Under the pieces are notes generated by a model. That model worked only from the letters and a program-made list of their open reading frames with translations. It was not told the DNA's origin and ran no database searches. A stretch of DNA of 64,000 bases, from positions 70,216 to 134,215 of the forward strand of contig CAWEVA010000023.1 in the NCBI GenBank assembly GCA_963812345.1, given 5' to 3'. The translations under genes were made by a program, and so were the position numbers. Each line of letters begins with the position of its first letter. Positions within the stretch are counted from its first letter, which is position 1. Shown here piece by piece: positions 1-9,949 of the stretch. The stretch is from an uncultured Actinomycetota bacterium (GTDB lineage: Bacteria > Actinomycetota > Actinomycetes > Propionibacteriales > Nocardioidaceae).

Positions 1-49
1 AGGGACCCAGGTAGTGGCGGCCTGACGGACCGTGACGGATGGAGGAGAG

Positions 50-1312
50 ATGGCATCGTTCGGGGTTCACTCAGAGGTTGGTCGCCTGCGACAGGTGATG
101 GTCCACCGTCCGGAGCTCAGCCTCAAGCGGCTGACGCCTACCACTCACGACGAGCTGCTGTTCGACGACGTGCTGTGGGTTGAGCGGGCGCAGTACGAAC
201 ACGACCAGTTCGTCGAGCGAATGCAGGAGCGTGGGGTCGAGGTGTTCCTGCTGCAGAACCTGCTCGCCGAGGCGCTCGACGCCAGCGACCAGGGAAGGCA
301 GAGGCTGATCGAGCTCGCCGCCTCGGAGTACACGGTGGGCCTGTCGCTGGTGGAGGAGGTCCGGGCGGTGCTGGCGGAGATGAAGCCCGACCAGCTGGCG
401 ACTCACGTGATAGGCGGCCTCACCGTGGCCGAGTCGGGCCTGGACGTGGGTAAGTACCGGTCGCAATCCCTCCCGGCCGCCGCGCTGGAGGACGAGAGCA
501 TGTTCGTGTTGCCGCCGTTGCCCAACACGCTGTTCACCCGCGACTCCTCCTGCTGGATCTACGGCGGGGTGTCGATCAATCCGATGTTCTGGCCTGCTCG
601 CCGCCTCGAGGCGTACAACGTCGCCGCCATCTACCGCTACCACCCGATGTTCAGGGACGCAGACTTCGAGTTCTGGTACCCGCCCCTGGGTGACGACGAC
701 AAGTTCGAGGTCCAGGACTTCGGGCGGTCCTCGCTCGAGGGCGGCGACGTGCAGCCCATCGGCAACGGCACCGTCCTGATCGGCATGAGCGAGCGCTCCC
801 AGGCCCGGATGATCGAGCAGATCGCGGCGGCGCTGTTCGCCAAGGGAGCCGCCGAGCGGGTGATCGCCGCGGTGATGACCAAGGACCGCGCCCACATGCA
901 CCTCGACACCGTGTTCACCATGCTCGACCGGGACAAGGTCACGGCGTACCCGAAGGTCATGAACCAGGTGGGCGCGATCAGCCTGCGGCCAGGCAGCAAC
1001 GGACACCGGTTCCACGTCACCCGCGAGGAGTCCTTCCTCGGCGCGGTGGCCGATGCCATGGGCGTGCCGAAGCTGCAGGTGGTGGAGACCGGGGGCGACG
1101 CCTACCAGCAGGAGCGGGAGCAGTGGGACGACGGAAACAACGTCGTCGCCCTCGAGCCTGGCGTCGTGGTCGCCTACGAGCGGAACACCTACACCATCGC
1201 GAAGATGCGCGAGGCCGGCGTCGAGGTGATCACGATCGAGGGCTTCGAGCTGGGCAAGGGCCGCGGCGGTGGCCACTGCATGACCTGCCCACTGACCCGT
1301 GACCCGGTGTGA
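50..1312 (+). CDS. arcA: Arginine deiminase
   Basis: N-terminal [32 protein letters not shown] and C-terminal [11 protein letters not shown] motifs; GGAGG RBS before ATG 50. Confidence 0.97.
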   Translation: MASFGVHSEVGRLRQVMVHRPELSLKRLTPTTHDELLFDDVLWVERAQYEHDQFVERMQERGVEVFLLQNLLAEALDASDQGRQRLIELAASEYTVGLSLVEEVRAVLAEMKPDQLATHVIGGLTVAESGLDVGKYRSQSLPAAALEDESMFVLPPLPNTLFTRDSSCWIYGGVSINPMFWPARRLEAYNVAAIYRYHPMFRDADFEFWYPPLGDDDKFEVQDFGRSSLEGGDVQPIGNGTVLIGMSERSQARMIEQIAAALFAKGAAERVIAAVMTKDRAHMHLDTVFTMLDRDKVTAYPKVMNQVGAISLRPGSNGHRFHVTREESFLGAVADAMGVPKLQVVETGGDAYQQEREQWDDGNNVVALEPGVVVAYERNTYTIAKMREAGVEVITIEGFELGKGRGGGHCMTCPLTRDPV

Positions 1313-1323
1313 GGTGATCGACG

Positions 1324-1470
1324 ATGCCTGCTGAGATGACCCGCTGGCTGCTCGTGTTCGTGGTGATCCTCTGCCTCCTCGGCCTGCTCCTGTTTGCCCG
1401 CGGGGTGGAGCACCAGCGCGGCCACAACGAAGGAGCGCTCGCCGCTGTCTCGCAAGGGTTCGCGCGCTGA
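1324..1470 (+). CDS. Small single-pass membrane protein, 48 aa (MPAEMTRWLLVFVVILCLLGLLLFARGVEHQRGHNEGALAAVSQGFAR)
   Basis: Translated by hand; GAGGTG RBS overlapping the arcA stop, hydrophobic stretch of about 17 aa, fills the gap between arcA and the next gene. Confidence 0.6.
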   Translation: MPAEMTRWLLVFVVILCLLGLLLFARGVEHQRGHNEGALAAVSQGFAR

Positions 1471-1480
1471 GGCGGCGTCG

Positions 1481-3031
1481 ATGTCCGACTCCCCAGGAAC
1501 GTCGTCGACCGTCGAACGGGGTCCACGTCCGCCGACAATGCTGGACGCGGCGTTGCCGATCGTCGTACTGATCCTGCTGCTTGCGCTCACCATCTACCTC
1601 TTCGGCATCGACGCCACCAACGGCCCGCTCCAGGTGGCGCTGCTCCTGAGCGCCGCGTTCGCGAGCCTGATGGCGTTCAAGAACGGGTTCACGGTCGCCG
1701 GTGTCGCGGACGCCGCGGTCGGGGGCGTCACGTCCGCGGTCGGGGCGATCTTCATCCTCCTCGCCGTCGGCGCGCTGATCGGCACCTGGAACATGGCGGG
1801 GACCATCCCCACGATCGTCGACTACGGCATCAGGCTGGTCAGCCCGACCTGGTTCTACTTCACCGCCGCCGTCGTCTGCGCCCTGGTCGGGATGGTCACC
1901 GGCAGCTCCTGGACGACCGTGGGCACGCTGGGCGTCGCGTTCGTCGGGATGGCGAACGTGATGGGACTCGAGGAGGCCATCGCCGCGGGCGCCGTCATCT
2001 GCGGCGCCTACTTCGGCGACAAGATGACCCCGCTGTCCGAGACGACGATCCTGGTCCCCAAGCTCGTGGGCGGGGGACTGACCGTCGGGGAGCACGTCCG
2101 CAACATGTTCTGGACCGCCGGCCCGGCCCTGGGCGTCAGCCTTGTCCTGTTCTTCCTGCTGGGGCTGAACGCCGAGCCGGACGCCGCCATCAGCACCGAC
2201 ACCGCCCGTGCCGCTCTGGCCACCGCCTTCAACATCGGGTTCGTGAACCTGCTGCCGCTGCTGCTGCTCGTGGTGTTCGCGGCGCGCAGGTTCCCACCGT
2301 TCTTGTCCATCCTCGGATCGGCACTCTTCGCCGGCCTCCTGGCCCCGTTCACCCAGTGGGAGGCCGTCAAGGCGTTCGTGGACGACGCGAGCCTCGGACC
2401 GGTCGCCACGTCGATCGAGGCAATTTTCGGCGCGATGGCAACGGGGTTCGTCAGCGACTCTGGTGTCGAGCCCATCGACGCGCTCTTCAGCCGTGGCGGG
2501 ATGGCCAGCCTGCTGACCACGATCTGGCTGGTGCTCGGTGCGCTCTCGTTCGCCGCGGTCATGGAGCACGCGGGATTCCTCCAGCGCCTCCTGTTGCCGA
2601 TCGTGTCGCGGGCCGGGCGGCGCGGGTCGCTGATCCTGGCGGTGAACTCGAGCGGGGTCGGACTGAACGTGATCGCCGGTGACCAGTACGTCGCTGACGT
2701 ACTCCCGGCGCGCATGTTCCGCGGCGAGTTCTCCAAGCGGGGACTGGCGCCCCAGGTGCTGTCCCGCGCCGTGGAGGACTCAGGAACCGTGACGTCGGTG
2801 CTGGTGCCGTGGAACACCTGCGGCGCGTACATCTCGGGAGTGCTCGGCGTCTCCACCGCCGCCTACTTCCCCTTCTGCTTCTTCAACCTGCTCAGCCCCG
2901 TGCTGGACGTCCTCTACGGGTTCCTCGGCTTCAAGGTCCCGAAGGCCGACGCACCTTGGGACGAAAACGTCGAACCCGCCGTGGCCGCCACCCCACAGAC
3001 CGGCGACCCGCCGGAGAGGAGAACCCCATGA
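1481..3031 (+). CDS. NhaC-family transporter (probable arginine/ornithine antiporter)
   Basis: GSSWTTVGTLG, GAYFGDKMTPLSETT, RGGMASL and LVPWNTCG motifs; many TM helices; arc context. Confidence 0.88.
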   Translation: MSDSPGTSSTVERGPRPPTMLDAALPIVVLILLLALTIYLFGIDATNGPLQVALLLSAAFASLMAFKNGFTVAGVADAAVGGVTSAVGAIFILLAVGALIGTWNMAGTIPTIVDYGIRLVSPTWFYFTAAVVCALVGMVTGSSWTTVGTLGVAFVGMANVMGLEEAIAAGAVICGAYFGDKMTPLSETTILVPKLVGGGLTVGEHVRNMFWTAGPALGVSLVLFFLLGLNAEPDAAISTDTARAALATAFNIGFVNLLPLLLLVVFAARRFPPFLSILGSALFAGLLAPFTQWEAVKAFVDDASLGPVATSIEAIFGAMATGFVSDSGVEPIDALFSRGGMASLLTTIWLVLGALSFAAVMEHAGFLQRLLLPIVSRAGRRGSLILAVNSSGVGLNVIAGDQYVADVLPARMFRGEFSKRGLAPQVLSRAVEDSGTVTSVLVPWNTCGAYISGVLGVSTAAYFPFCFFNLLSPVLDVLYGFLGFKVPKADAPWDENVEPAVAATPQTGDPPERRTP

Positions 3032-4530
3032 GCGACCAGACCGCGACCGCACCGGCCGGATCGGCGGAGGATCGCCACCGGTTCACCCTGCCGTCGGCGT
3101 ACACCATCCTCTTCGCCCTGATCGTCCTGATGGCCCTCGCGACCTGGATCATCCCGGCCGGCGCCTACGAGCTGGACCGGGACGGGGCACCGCTTCCCGG
3201 GACCTATGCCGAGGTCGAGGGCGACCCCCAGCGCATCCTGATCGACTCCCTGACCGCCCCGATCAACGGTCTCTACGGCATCGAGGACAACGAGGGCAAC
3301 ATCAGCTACTACAACAACGGCGTCCTGTTCGGGGCCATCGACGTCGCCCTGTTCATCATCGTGATCGGCGGCTTCCTGGGCGTGACCATGCGGACCGGGG
3401 CGATCCAGACCGGCATCGGCGCGCTCGTGAGCCGGCTCCGGGGCCGGGAACGATGGATGATCCCCATCCTGATGACGGTCTTCGCCCTGGGCGGGTCGAC
3501 GTACGGCATGGCCGAGGAGAGCCTGGCGTTCTACGTGCTCGTGATCGCCGTCATGATCGCCGCGGGCTACGACGCCCTGACCGGCGCCGCGGTCGTCCTG
3601 CTCGGCTGCGGGATCGGCACCCTGGGCTCGACGATCAACCCGTTCGCGACCGGCATCGCCTCGGGCTTCGCCGGCGTCTCCATCAGCGACGGCATTCTGT
3701 CCCGGCTGATCATCCTGGTCGTCGGGCTCGGCCTCGGGATCTTCTTCGTGATGCGGTACGCCGATCGGGTCAAGAAGGATCCGACGAGATCGGCGGTCCA
3801 TTCCATGAAGGAGGCCAACGAGGCCCACTTCAGCGTGCAGGGCGAGACGGACGAGGTCGTCATGACCGGCCAGGACAAGACGATCCTGGCGACGTTCGGC
3901 CTGGCTTTCGGACTGATGATGTACGGCGTCATCCCCTGGCAGGACATGGGGATCGGGCTCCCCACCCTGTGGTGGTGGTTCCCGGAGATGACGGCCCTGT
4001 TCATCCTGTTCTCGGTGATCATCGGACTGATCGGAAGGCTGAGCGAGGTCGACCTGACCGACTCCTTCGTCAATGGCGCACGCGACCTCCTCGGGGTCGC
4101 GCTCATCATCGGCATCGCGCGCGGCATCACCGTGGTCATGAACAACGGCGGGATCACCGACACCGTGCTGCACTGGGCCGAGGTGGCCGTGGAGGGACTC
4201 AGTCCCGTGACGTTCTCGATCGTGGTCTTCCTGCTCTTCCTGCCACTGTCGTTCCTGATCCCGTCCTCGTCCGGCCTCGCCACGGTGGCGATGCCGATCC
4301 TGGCTCCGCTGGCCGCCTTCGTCGGCGTGCAGGCCGACCTGATCGTCACCGCCTTCCAGAGTGCGTCCGGCCTGATGAACCTGTTCATCCCCACCTCCGC
4401 GGTGGTGATGGGTGGCCTGGCCATAGCGCGGGTGCCCTACGGGACGTATCTCCGGTGGGTGTGGCCGCTCCTCGCCATCCTGGCAGGCCTTGTCATCGTC
4501 GTTCTCGGGGTCGGAACGGCTCTGGCCTGA
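3028..4530 (+). CDS. YfcC/DcuC-like family transporter (ArcD-like basic amino acid antiporter)
   Basis: LPSAYTILF, GMAEE, STINPFATGIAS and PSSSGLA motifs; ATGA overlap with the upstream gene. Confidence 0.88.
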   Translation: MSDQTATAPAGSAEDRHRFTLPSAYTILFALIVLMALATWIIPAGAYELDRDGAPLPGTYAEVEGDPQRILIDSLTAPINGLYGIEDNEGNISYYNNGVLFGAIDVALFIIVIGGFLGVTMRTGAIQTGIGALVSRLRGRERWMIPILMTVFALGGSTYGMAEESLAFYVLVIAVMIAAGYDALTGAAVVLLGCGIGTLGSTINPFATGIASGFAGVSISDGILSRLIILVVGLGLGIFFVMRYADRVKKDPTRSAVHSMKEANEAHFSVQGETDEVVMTGQDKTILATFGLAFGLMMYGVIPWQDMGIGLPTLWWWFPEMTALFILFSVIIGLIGRLSEVDLTDSFVNGARDLLGVALIIGIARGITVVMNNGGITDTVLHWAEVAVEGLSPVTFSIVVFLLFLPLSFLIPSSSGLATVAMPILAPLAAFVGVQADLIVTAFQSASGLMNLFIPTSAVVMGGLAIARVPYGTYLRWVWPLLAILAGLVIVVLGVGTALA

Positions 4531-4560
4531 ACCGCAGCGTCAGCCCAGGGACGAGGCCAG

Positions 4561-5307
4561 CTACTGGAGCGCCTCGGCCGCGCCGTCCGTGATCGGGGCG
4601 CCGTGCCCGACCAGGATCGTCCGTGGCGCCAGCCGGGCCATCTTGAGCACCGAGGCCTCGGCGGCCGCCATGTCCTCGGTGAACTCGGGGCTGGAGCCGG
4701 CCAGCCCATCGTTGTTGTTCAGCGCGTCGCCGGCGACCAGGACGCCCGTGTCCTCGTCGAAGATCGAGATGTGTCCGGCGGTGTGGCCGGGCGTGCCGAC
4801 GATCTGCAGCCCGAACACCTCGTCGCCGTCGCCGAGCACGCTGAGCTGGGCGTCCACCTCGGAGAGGTCGGCCTGGCCGATGTACCCGGTCGCCGAGGTC
4901 GCCTCGGTCAGTACGTCGCTGATGCTGCCGGCGTGGTCGGGGTGCTTGTGGGTGAGTACGACGTGTCGCACACCGCCCCAACCCGGACCGGCCCGGTCGA
5001 GGACGTCGCCGATGGCGTCGGTGCTGCCGCCCACCCCGGTGTCGACCACGGCAGCCTCGTTGCCGCGGACCAGCACGTAGGCCGAGACGAAGTCGAGGTC
5101 GACCCGCGACCACGCCATCTCGCCCGTCGCGTTGCCGGTCCCCGAGTCGGCGGTCTCGGTGTCGTCGGCCGGCGGGGGTTCGGTCGTGGTGGTGCTGCCG
5201 GAGTCGCTGCAGGCTGCGACACCCAGCACAGCGATGCCCACGGCTCCACGGCCGGTCTGCACGAGGAGCCAGCGACGTCCGACCCTCCGGTTGGACCACG
5301 TGCTCAT
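4561..5307 (-). CDS. MBL-fold metallo-hydrolase, predicted Tat-exported lipoprotein
   Basis: THKHPDH, TPGHTAGH, AGDA and GHG metal motifs; GRRWLL twin-arginine motif and VAAC lipobox. Confidence 0.85.
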   Translation of the reverse strand: MSTWSNRRVGRRWLLVQTGRGAVGIAVLGVAACSDSGSTTTTEPPPADDTETADSGTGNATGEMAWSRVDLDFVSAYVLVRGNEAAVVDTGVGGSTDAIGDVLDRAGPGWGGVRHVVLTHKHPDHAGSISDVLTEATSATGYIGQADLSEVDAQLSVLGDGDEVFGLQIVGTPGHTAGHISIFDEDTGVLVAGDALNNNDGLAGSSPEFTEDMAAAEASVLKMARLAPRTILVGHGAPITDGAAEALQ

Positions 5308-5433
5308 GTAACGACGATCCGCCTCTTGACGTGACTTTTCAAGGATGGACGATCTCGGGTTCCGGGTGCACCATTTACCGGAGGGGGCCGGGAGGAGCCG
5401 GATCTGTCATCCGGCCGACGGAGGGTGGACCCC

Positions 5434-7512
5434 ATGACACGACCCGGAACCTCGAGCCAGCACCGGCGTACCGGCAACCTGCGGATGGCCCTCCTGGCCG
5501 TGGGGGTCCTCGTCGCCGGCCTCTTCGTGGGCGTCGGCCCGGCCGAGGCGGCGACTACTGTGCCGACCTTCGCCCGCACGGACCATCCCTCGCTGGCCAA
5601 CCACAACGTGGTCGGTGACTTCAACGGTGACGGCCGGCTGGACCTGGCCGGCCTGGCGCTGCCAGGCGCAGGCGTCATGCTCTCGACCGGCGACGGCACG
5701 TTCGGGCCCCGGGCAACCTACCCGGTGGCCGAGTCCTCGCCGCAGGACATCGCGACCGGTGACGTCGACGGCGACGGCGACCTCGACCTGCTCGTCACCA
5801 TCAACACGCCCAACATCAGCCTGTCCATGCTCCGGGGCACCGGGGACGGCACCTTCCAGGCGCCGGTCAACTTCCCCAACACGTCTGGGTTCGACTCGCC
5901 CGCGGTGATCACCACCGACCTCAACAACGACGGGCGGCTCGACGTCGTGATCGGCCACTCGATCGGCTGCTTCACGGCTCCCTGCGTCGTGGCCCGGACG
6001 ATCTCGGTGATGATCGGGAACGGTGACGGGACCTTCCAGCCGACGCGGGAGATCGACGTCGGGACCGGGATCGCGGAGATCGCAGTCGGGGACTTCAACC
6101 GTGACGGCACCAAGGACCTTGCGATCGCCGGGAACTCGGCGCAGCTCTACCGGCTCCAGGGCGTCGGCGACGGGACGTTTGTCCAGCAGCCGACGATCAC
6201 CCTGGTCGCGAACAACTTCGGCGTCGACGGCACCGACGTCGACGTCGCCGACTTCAACGGCGACTCGATCGAGGACCTGGTCGTCGCGATCGCGCTGAAC
6301 GGCAGCCGTACGGCGGTTCTGATCGGCAACGGGTCCGGTGGGTTCGGGACCCCGCTGATCCTCACCGACCCCGGGCAGAACGTTCCGCAGTACATCGCGG
6401 TGGGCGACTACAACCTGGACGGCTTCCAGGACCTGGCGATGGCGATGGCGAACGGGAACTCGGGTCTCATGCAGACCCGCAACGGCAACGGCAACGGCAC
6501 CTTCCAGGGGCCGGTCAACCATCAGGTGCCACCGAACCAGTCCAGCATCGGTGGGATCTCGATCCTCTCGGCGCGGCTGAACAGCGACGCCAGGTCCGAC
6601 ATCGCGCTGGCCTGGGGTGGCGCGAGCTCCGGTTTGGCCGTGCTGCTCAACTCCACCGGGCAAGCCCCGCCGCCGACCCCCGCGGCACCGACGCTGATCA
6701 GCCCGGCGAATGACTCCACGCCCGCACAGCCGGTGACGCTCGACTGGTCCGACGTGAACGCCGCGACGAGCTATCGCATCCAGATCGACGACTCCAGCAC
6801 CTTCTCCACGCCACTGGTCGTGAACCAGATCGTGACCGCGTCCCAGTTCACCGCGCCCGTCCTGGCGGTGCGTCAGCACTTCTGGCGGGTGCGGGGGATC
6901 AACTCGGCAGGAGTGTCCGGACCCTTCTCGACAGTGCGCCGGTTCACCCCGCAGTCGGCACCGTCGGGTCCCGCGTCGCTGTCGGCGGTGTCTGTCACCC
7001 CGTCCAGCGTCACGGGTGGGAACAATGCCACCGGCACCGTCAGCCTGACGTCGGCCGCTCCCACTGGCGGCTTCGCCGTCTCCCTGTCGAGCAGCAGCGG
7101 TACGGCGACCGTGCCGGCCAGTGCCACGGTGCCTGCCGGCGCGACGAGCGCCACCCTCCCGATCACCACCTCGGCCGTCGCCTCCTCGACCCCGGTGACG
7201 ATCACGGCCAGCGCCGGGAGCGTCGTACGGACCGCCACGCTGACCGTGACACCACCCGCCTCGACGGCGACCCTGACGGTGACCGCGACCGGGCGGGGTG
7301 GTGAGCGAGTCACGTCGAGCCCGGCCGGCATCAACGTCTCGGTCGGCAGCACCGGCTCGGCCTCGTTCAATGTCGGGACGTCGATCACGCTGAGCGCCAC
7401 GAACGGCCGCGACGTGATCTGGTCCGGGGCGTGCTCGAGCGGTGGCAACAAGACCAGGACGTGCACGTTCACCCTGAACGGCAACGCCTCGGTCACCGCC
7501 AACGTGCAGTAA
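5434..7512 (+). CDS. Secreted FG-GAP/VCBS-repeat beta-propeller protein with C-terminal FnIII/Ig-like domains
   Basis: Signal peptide ending AEA-A; repeated GDFNGDGRLDL-type motifs; Ser/Thr-rich beta-sandwich tail. Confidence 0.85.
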   Translation: MTRPGTSSQHRRTGNLRMALLAVGVLVAGLFVGVGPAEAATTVPTFARTDHPSLANHNVVGDFNGDGRLDLAGLALPGAGVMLSTGDGTFGPRATYPVAESSPQDIATGDVDGDGDLDLLVTINTPNISLSMLRGTGDGTFQAPVNFPNTSGFDSPAVITTDLNNDGRLDVVIGHSIGCFTAPCVVARTISVMIGNGDGTFQPTREIDVGTGIAEIAVGDFNRDGTKDLAIAGNSAQLYRLQGVGDGTFVQQPTITLVANNFGVDGTDVDVADFNGDSIEDLVVAIALNGSRTAVLIGNGSGGFGTPLILTDPGQNVPQYIAVGDYNLDGFQDLAMAMANGNSGLMQTRNGNGNGTFQGPVNHQVPPNQSSIGGISILSARLNSDARSDIALAWGGASSGLAVLLNSTGQAPPPTPAAPTLISPANDSTPAQPVTLDWSDVNAATSYRIQIDDSSTFSTPLVVNQIVTASQFTAPVLAVRQHFWRVRGINSAGVSGPFSTVRRFTPQSAPSGPASLSAVSVTPSSVTGGNNATGTVSLTSAAPTGGFAVSLSSSSGTATVPASATVPAGATSATLPITTSAVASSTPVTITASAGSVVRTATLTVTPPASTATLTVTATGRGGERVTSSPAGINVSVGSTGSASFNVGTSITLSATNGRDVIWSGACSSGGNKTRTCTFTLNGNASVTANVQ

Positions 7513-7583
7513 CCGGTCCTGAAGCGCGCGCCTGATCCCCGGCGCGGTTGACGGACGGGGACGGCGTACTACGGTCGGGTGAC

Positions 7584-7961
7584 ATGAGTGGAGACCAGTT
7601 GCAGCCGCAGGACACGCTCGACGACCGGGGCGTGGACGACGTCCTCGACGAGGGGATCTCCCCGCCGGAGGAGCTCAGAGGCTCCAAGGCCAAGGGTGTG
7701 ACTCCCGCCGAGGCCGTTGAGGGCGAGACCATCGACGACCGGATCCGTCAGGAGGAGCCGGAGGTGTGGGAGGACGCGGACGCCGAGTCGGACGCCGAGA
7801 TCCTCGACGGGCCGGTCGGCGGAGAAGTGGGCGAGGAGCGGGCCGGACGCCTGATGGCTTTCGACGAGGACGTCGAGCAGGACCTGGTCGCCGAGGACGA
7901 AGGCATCGACGGAGCCGGCGCCAGCGCCGAGGAGGCGGCCGTGCACAGGTTCGAGGAGTAG
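7584..7961 (+). CDS. DUF5709-like acidic protein
   Basis: QLQPQDTLDDRGVDDVLDEGISPPE, RAGRL and GASAEEAAVH motifs. Confidence 0.8.
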   Translation: MSGDQLQPQDTLDDRGVDDVLDEGISPPEELRGSKAKGVTPAEAVEGETIDDRIRQEEPEVWEDADAESDAEILDGPVGGEVGEERAGRLMAFDEDVEQDLVAEDEGIDGAGASAEEAAVHRFEE

Positions 7962-7967
7962 CAGGCC

Positions 7968-9478
7968 TCAGCCGGTCAGCGCCGCCTCGTAGGTGAAGGG
8001 CTGCGCGTCGTCGCGAGCGATCCCGCGGCAGGAGTACGCCGTCCCTGCCCAGCAGTTGAAGATCGTCGACGCGTTGGCGAGTGTGATCGTGGCCCGCCTG
8101 TCGAAGGGGACGGTGACGGAGCCGACGCCACTGGCGTCGAGGGTGATCGGCTCGATCTCGACCCGCCCGTCGTCATGGTGGACCACGACACTCGCGACCG
8201 GACTCCGGCTCGAGGCAGGGCCGTTCACGCTCACCTCGAGCAGCGTTCCGGGGTCCTCGAGTCCCGCTCCGGGCACGACCCTGACGCTCCGTGAGGCCAG
8301 GTGGTCGATGCGGAGCGACCCGGCGACGTTGGGGTCCGCGCTGGTCAGCACGTGCTTCCTGGCGGCCGGGGCGGCCGGCCATCGCTCGCCCTCGGGGTAG
8401 AACTCGGAGGGCTCGGTGTTGGACGCGGTGTAGTCACCGAAGAGGTCCGGGAAGGTTGTCCCGGCCGGCAGTGCGTTCGCGACCGCCCGGATGGAGAAGC
8501 AGGCCCCGCTCGTCGCCCACCGCCGCGGCCCCCTCCCAGGCGGCGCGTACGACGTTGGCGCCGACCTCGTTCGAGAGGTACTCGAAGAAGACCCAGTTGG
8601 CGTAATGGGCCGCCCCGAAGTCCTCGAACACGTCCACCGGGCGCCCGGGGAAGCCGAGCTGGCCGGCCTCGAGGTATCGACGGTTGTCGTTGACGCCGTC
8701 GAAGACCCGCTCCTCCATCCACGTCGCCGTGGCTTCCATGAACCAGCCGTCCTCGGCGTAGTCGTAGGCGAACTGGACGGCGTGGAAGAACTCGTGGGCC
8801 GCGGTCGCCTTGAGGCTGAGGATCGGCTTCTGACCGAACTGCGACCTGGCGAAGTCGTCATCGAGGACGCAGTAGCCGGAGGCACTCCAACGTGAGTCCT
8901 TCGTGGTGCGCTCGGGGGCGCAGTAGCCGAAGAGCCCGTTCGCCCCGACGTTCTTGAGGTAGACGTCGAACCGGTTGTTCCCGCCGCGGTTGCCGTCCCG
9001 GACGGGTCGCCGGTAGTCCAGCCCACCCACCTCGTGCGCCCACGTCTGCTTCATGACGTCCATCGTCCTGCTCACCCAGGCCCTGCTCGGTGGCGCGTCG
9101 GAGGTCCGGGGCACCCAGTGCACGCAGATGTTGGTCGAGCAGGTCCGCTTCGACCGGCACGCGGTAGGAATCACCGTACCGATCGGAGTGACTCGTCGGT
9201 CGTGCCAGCAGGGCCCGGGCCCGCTGGCGCTCGGCCGGGTCGAGCGACGGCAGCGCCTGGGTCAGGTCCCGCAGCGCGAGGGTGGCGTCCTGCTCGGCGC
9301 CGTCGGCGCCGTCCAGCGCGGCATCGGCGCGGTGCAGGGCCCGGTCAGCCGCGGCCTCGCGGCCGACGGCGGAGGGACGGCGATGTTCGGCCGGGGTCGA
9401 CGCGGACGTCGTGGCCGCCGGCAGCACGGTCGCCGACAGTGTCAGCGCGAGCACGGCGATGGCGTGAGTACGACGCAT
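7968..9478 (-). CDS. Secreted zinc metalloprotease, MXAN_6640-like (split by frameshifts near 9170 and 8490)
   Basis: Signal peptide; AHEFFHAVQFAY (HExxH) and WFMEATATWME motifs spread across three ORF pieces. Confidence 0.75.
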
Positions 9479-9503
9479 TGCGTGGGGTCCCCCGGAGTCT
9501 GGG

Positions 9504-9902
9504 TCAGTTTGCGGCGGAGATCTTCTCGATCAGGGCGGTGGTGGAGATCGCGGGCGTGCGCGGCAGGTAGACGACCTCGCAGATGTCACCGAACTCGTCG
9601 AACCGTCCGGCCCAGTCGTCGCCCATCACCAGGACGTCGGCGCCGTACTTCACGATGTAGTCCCGCTTGAGCTCGAGGCTCTCCTCGACGAACACCTCGT
9701 CGACCAGCTTCAGGGCGGCCACGATCTCCATCCGTTCGCCCTGGCTGAAGACGGGCTCCCGGCCCTTCTTGCGCAGGTTCAGCTCGTCGGCGGAAACACC
9801 CACGACCAAGCGGTCGCCGAGGGCCGCGGCGCGCTCGATCACGCGCAGGTGCCCGACGTGGAACACGTCGAACGTTCCGAAGGTGATCACGGTTCGTGAC
9901 AT
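9504..9902 (-). CDS. Cytidylyltransferase family protein (TagD/glycerol-3-phosphate cytidylyltransferase-like)
   Basis: ITFGTFDVFHVGH, MGDDW and RTPAISTT motifs. Confidence 0.88.
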   Translation of the reverse strand: MSRTVITFGTFDVFHVGHLRVIERAAALGDRLVVGVSADELNLRKKGREPVFSQGERMEIVAALKLVDEVFVEESLELKRDYIVKYGADVLVMGDDWAGRFDEFGDICEVVYLPRTPAISTTALIEKISAAN

Positions 9903-9949
9903 GGCGCGCATTCTGGCACCCCGGGGGCCATGGTGGACAATCACACGCG

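Noticed and set aside
5325-5343. HspR HAIR operator
   Set aside because: Spacing and inner bases differ from CTTGAGT-N7-ACTCAAG, and the flanking genes are not chaperones
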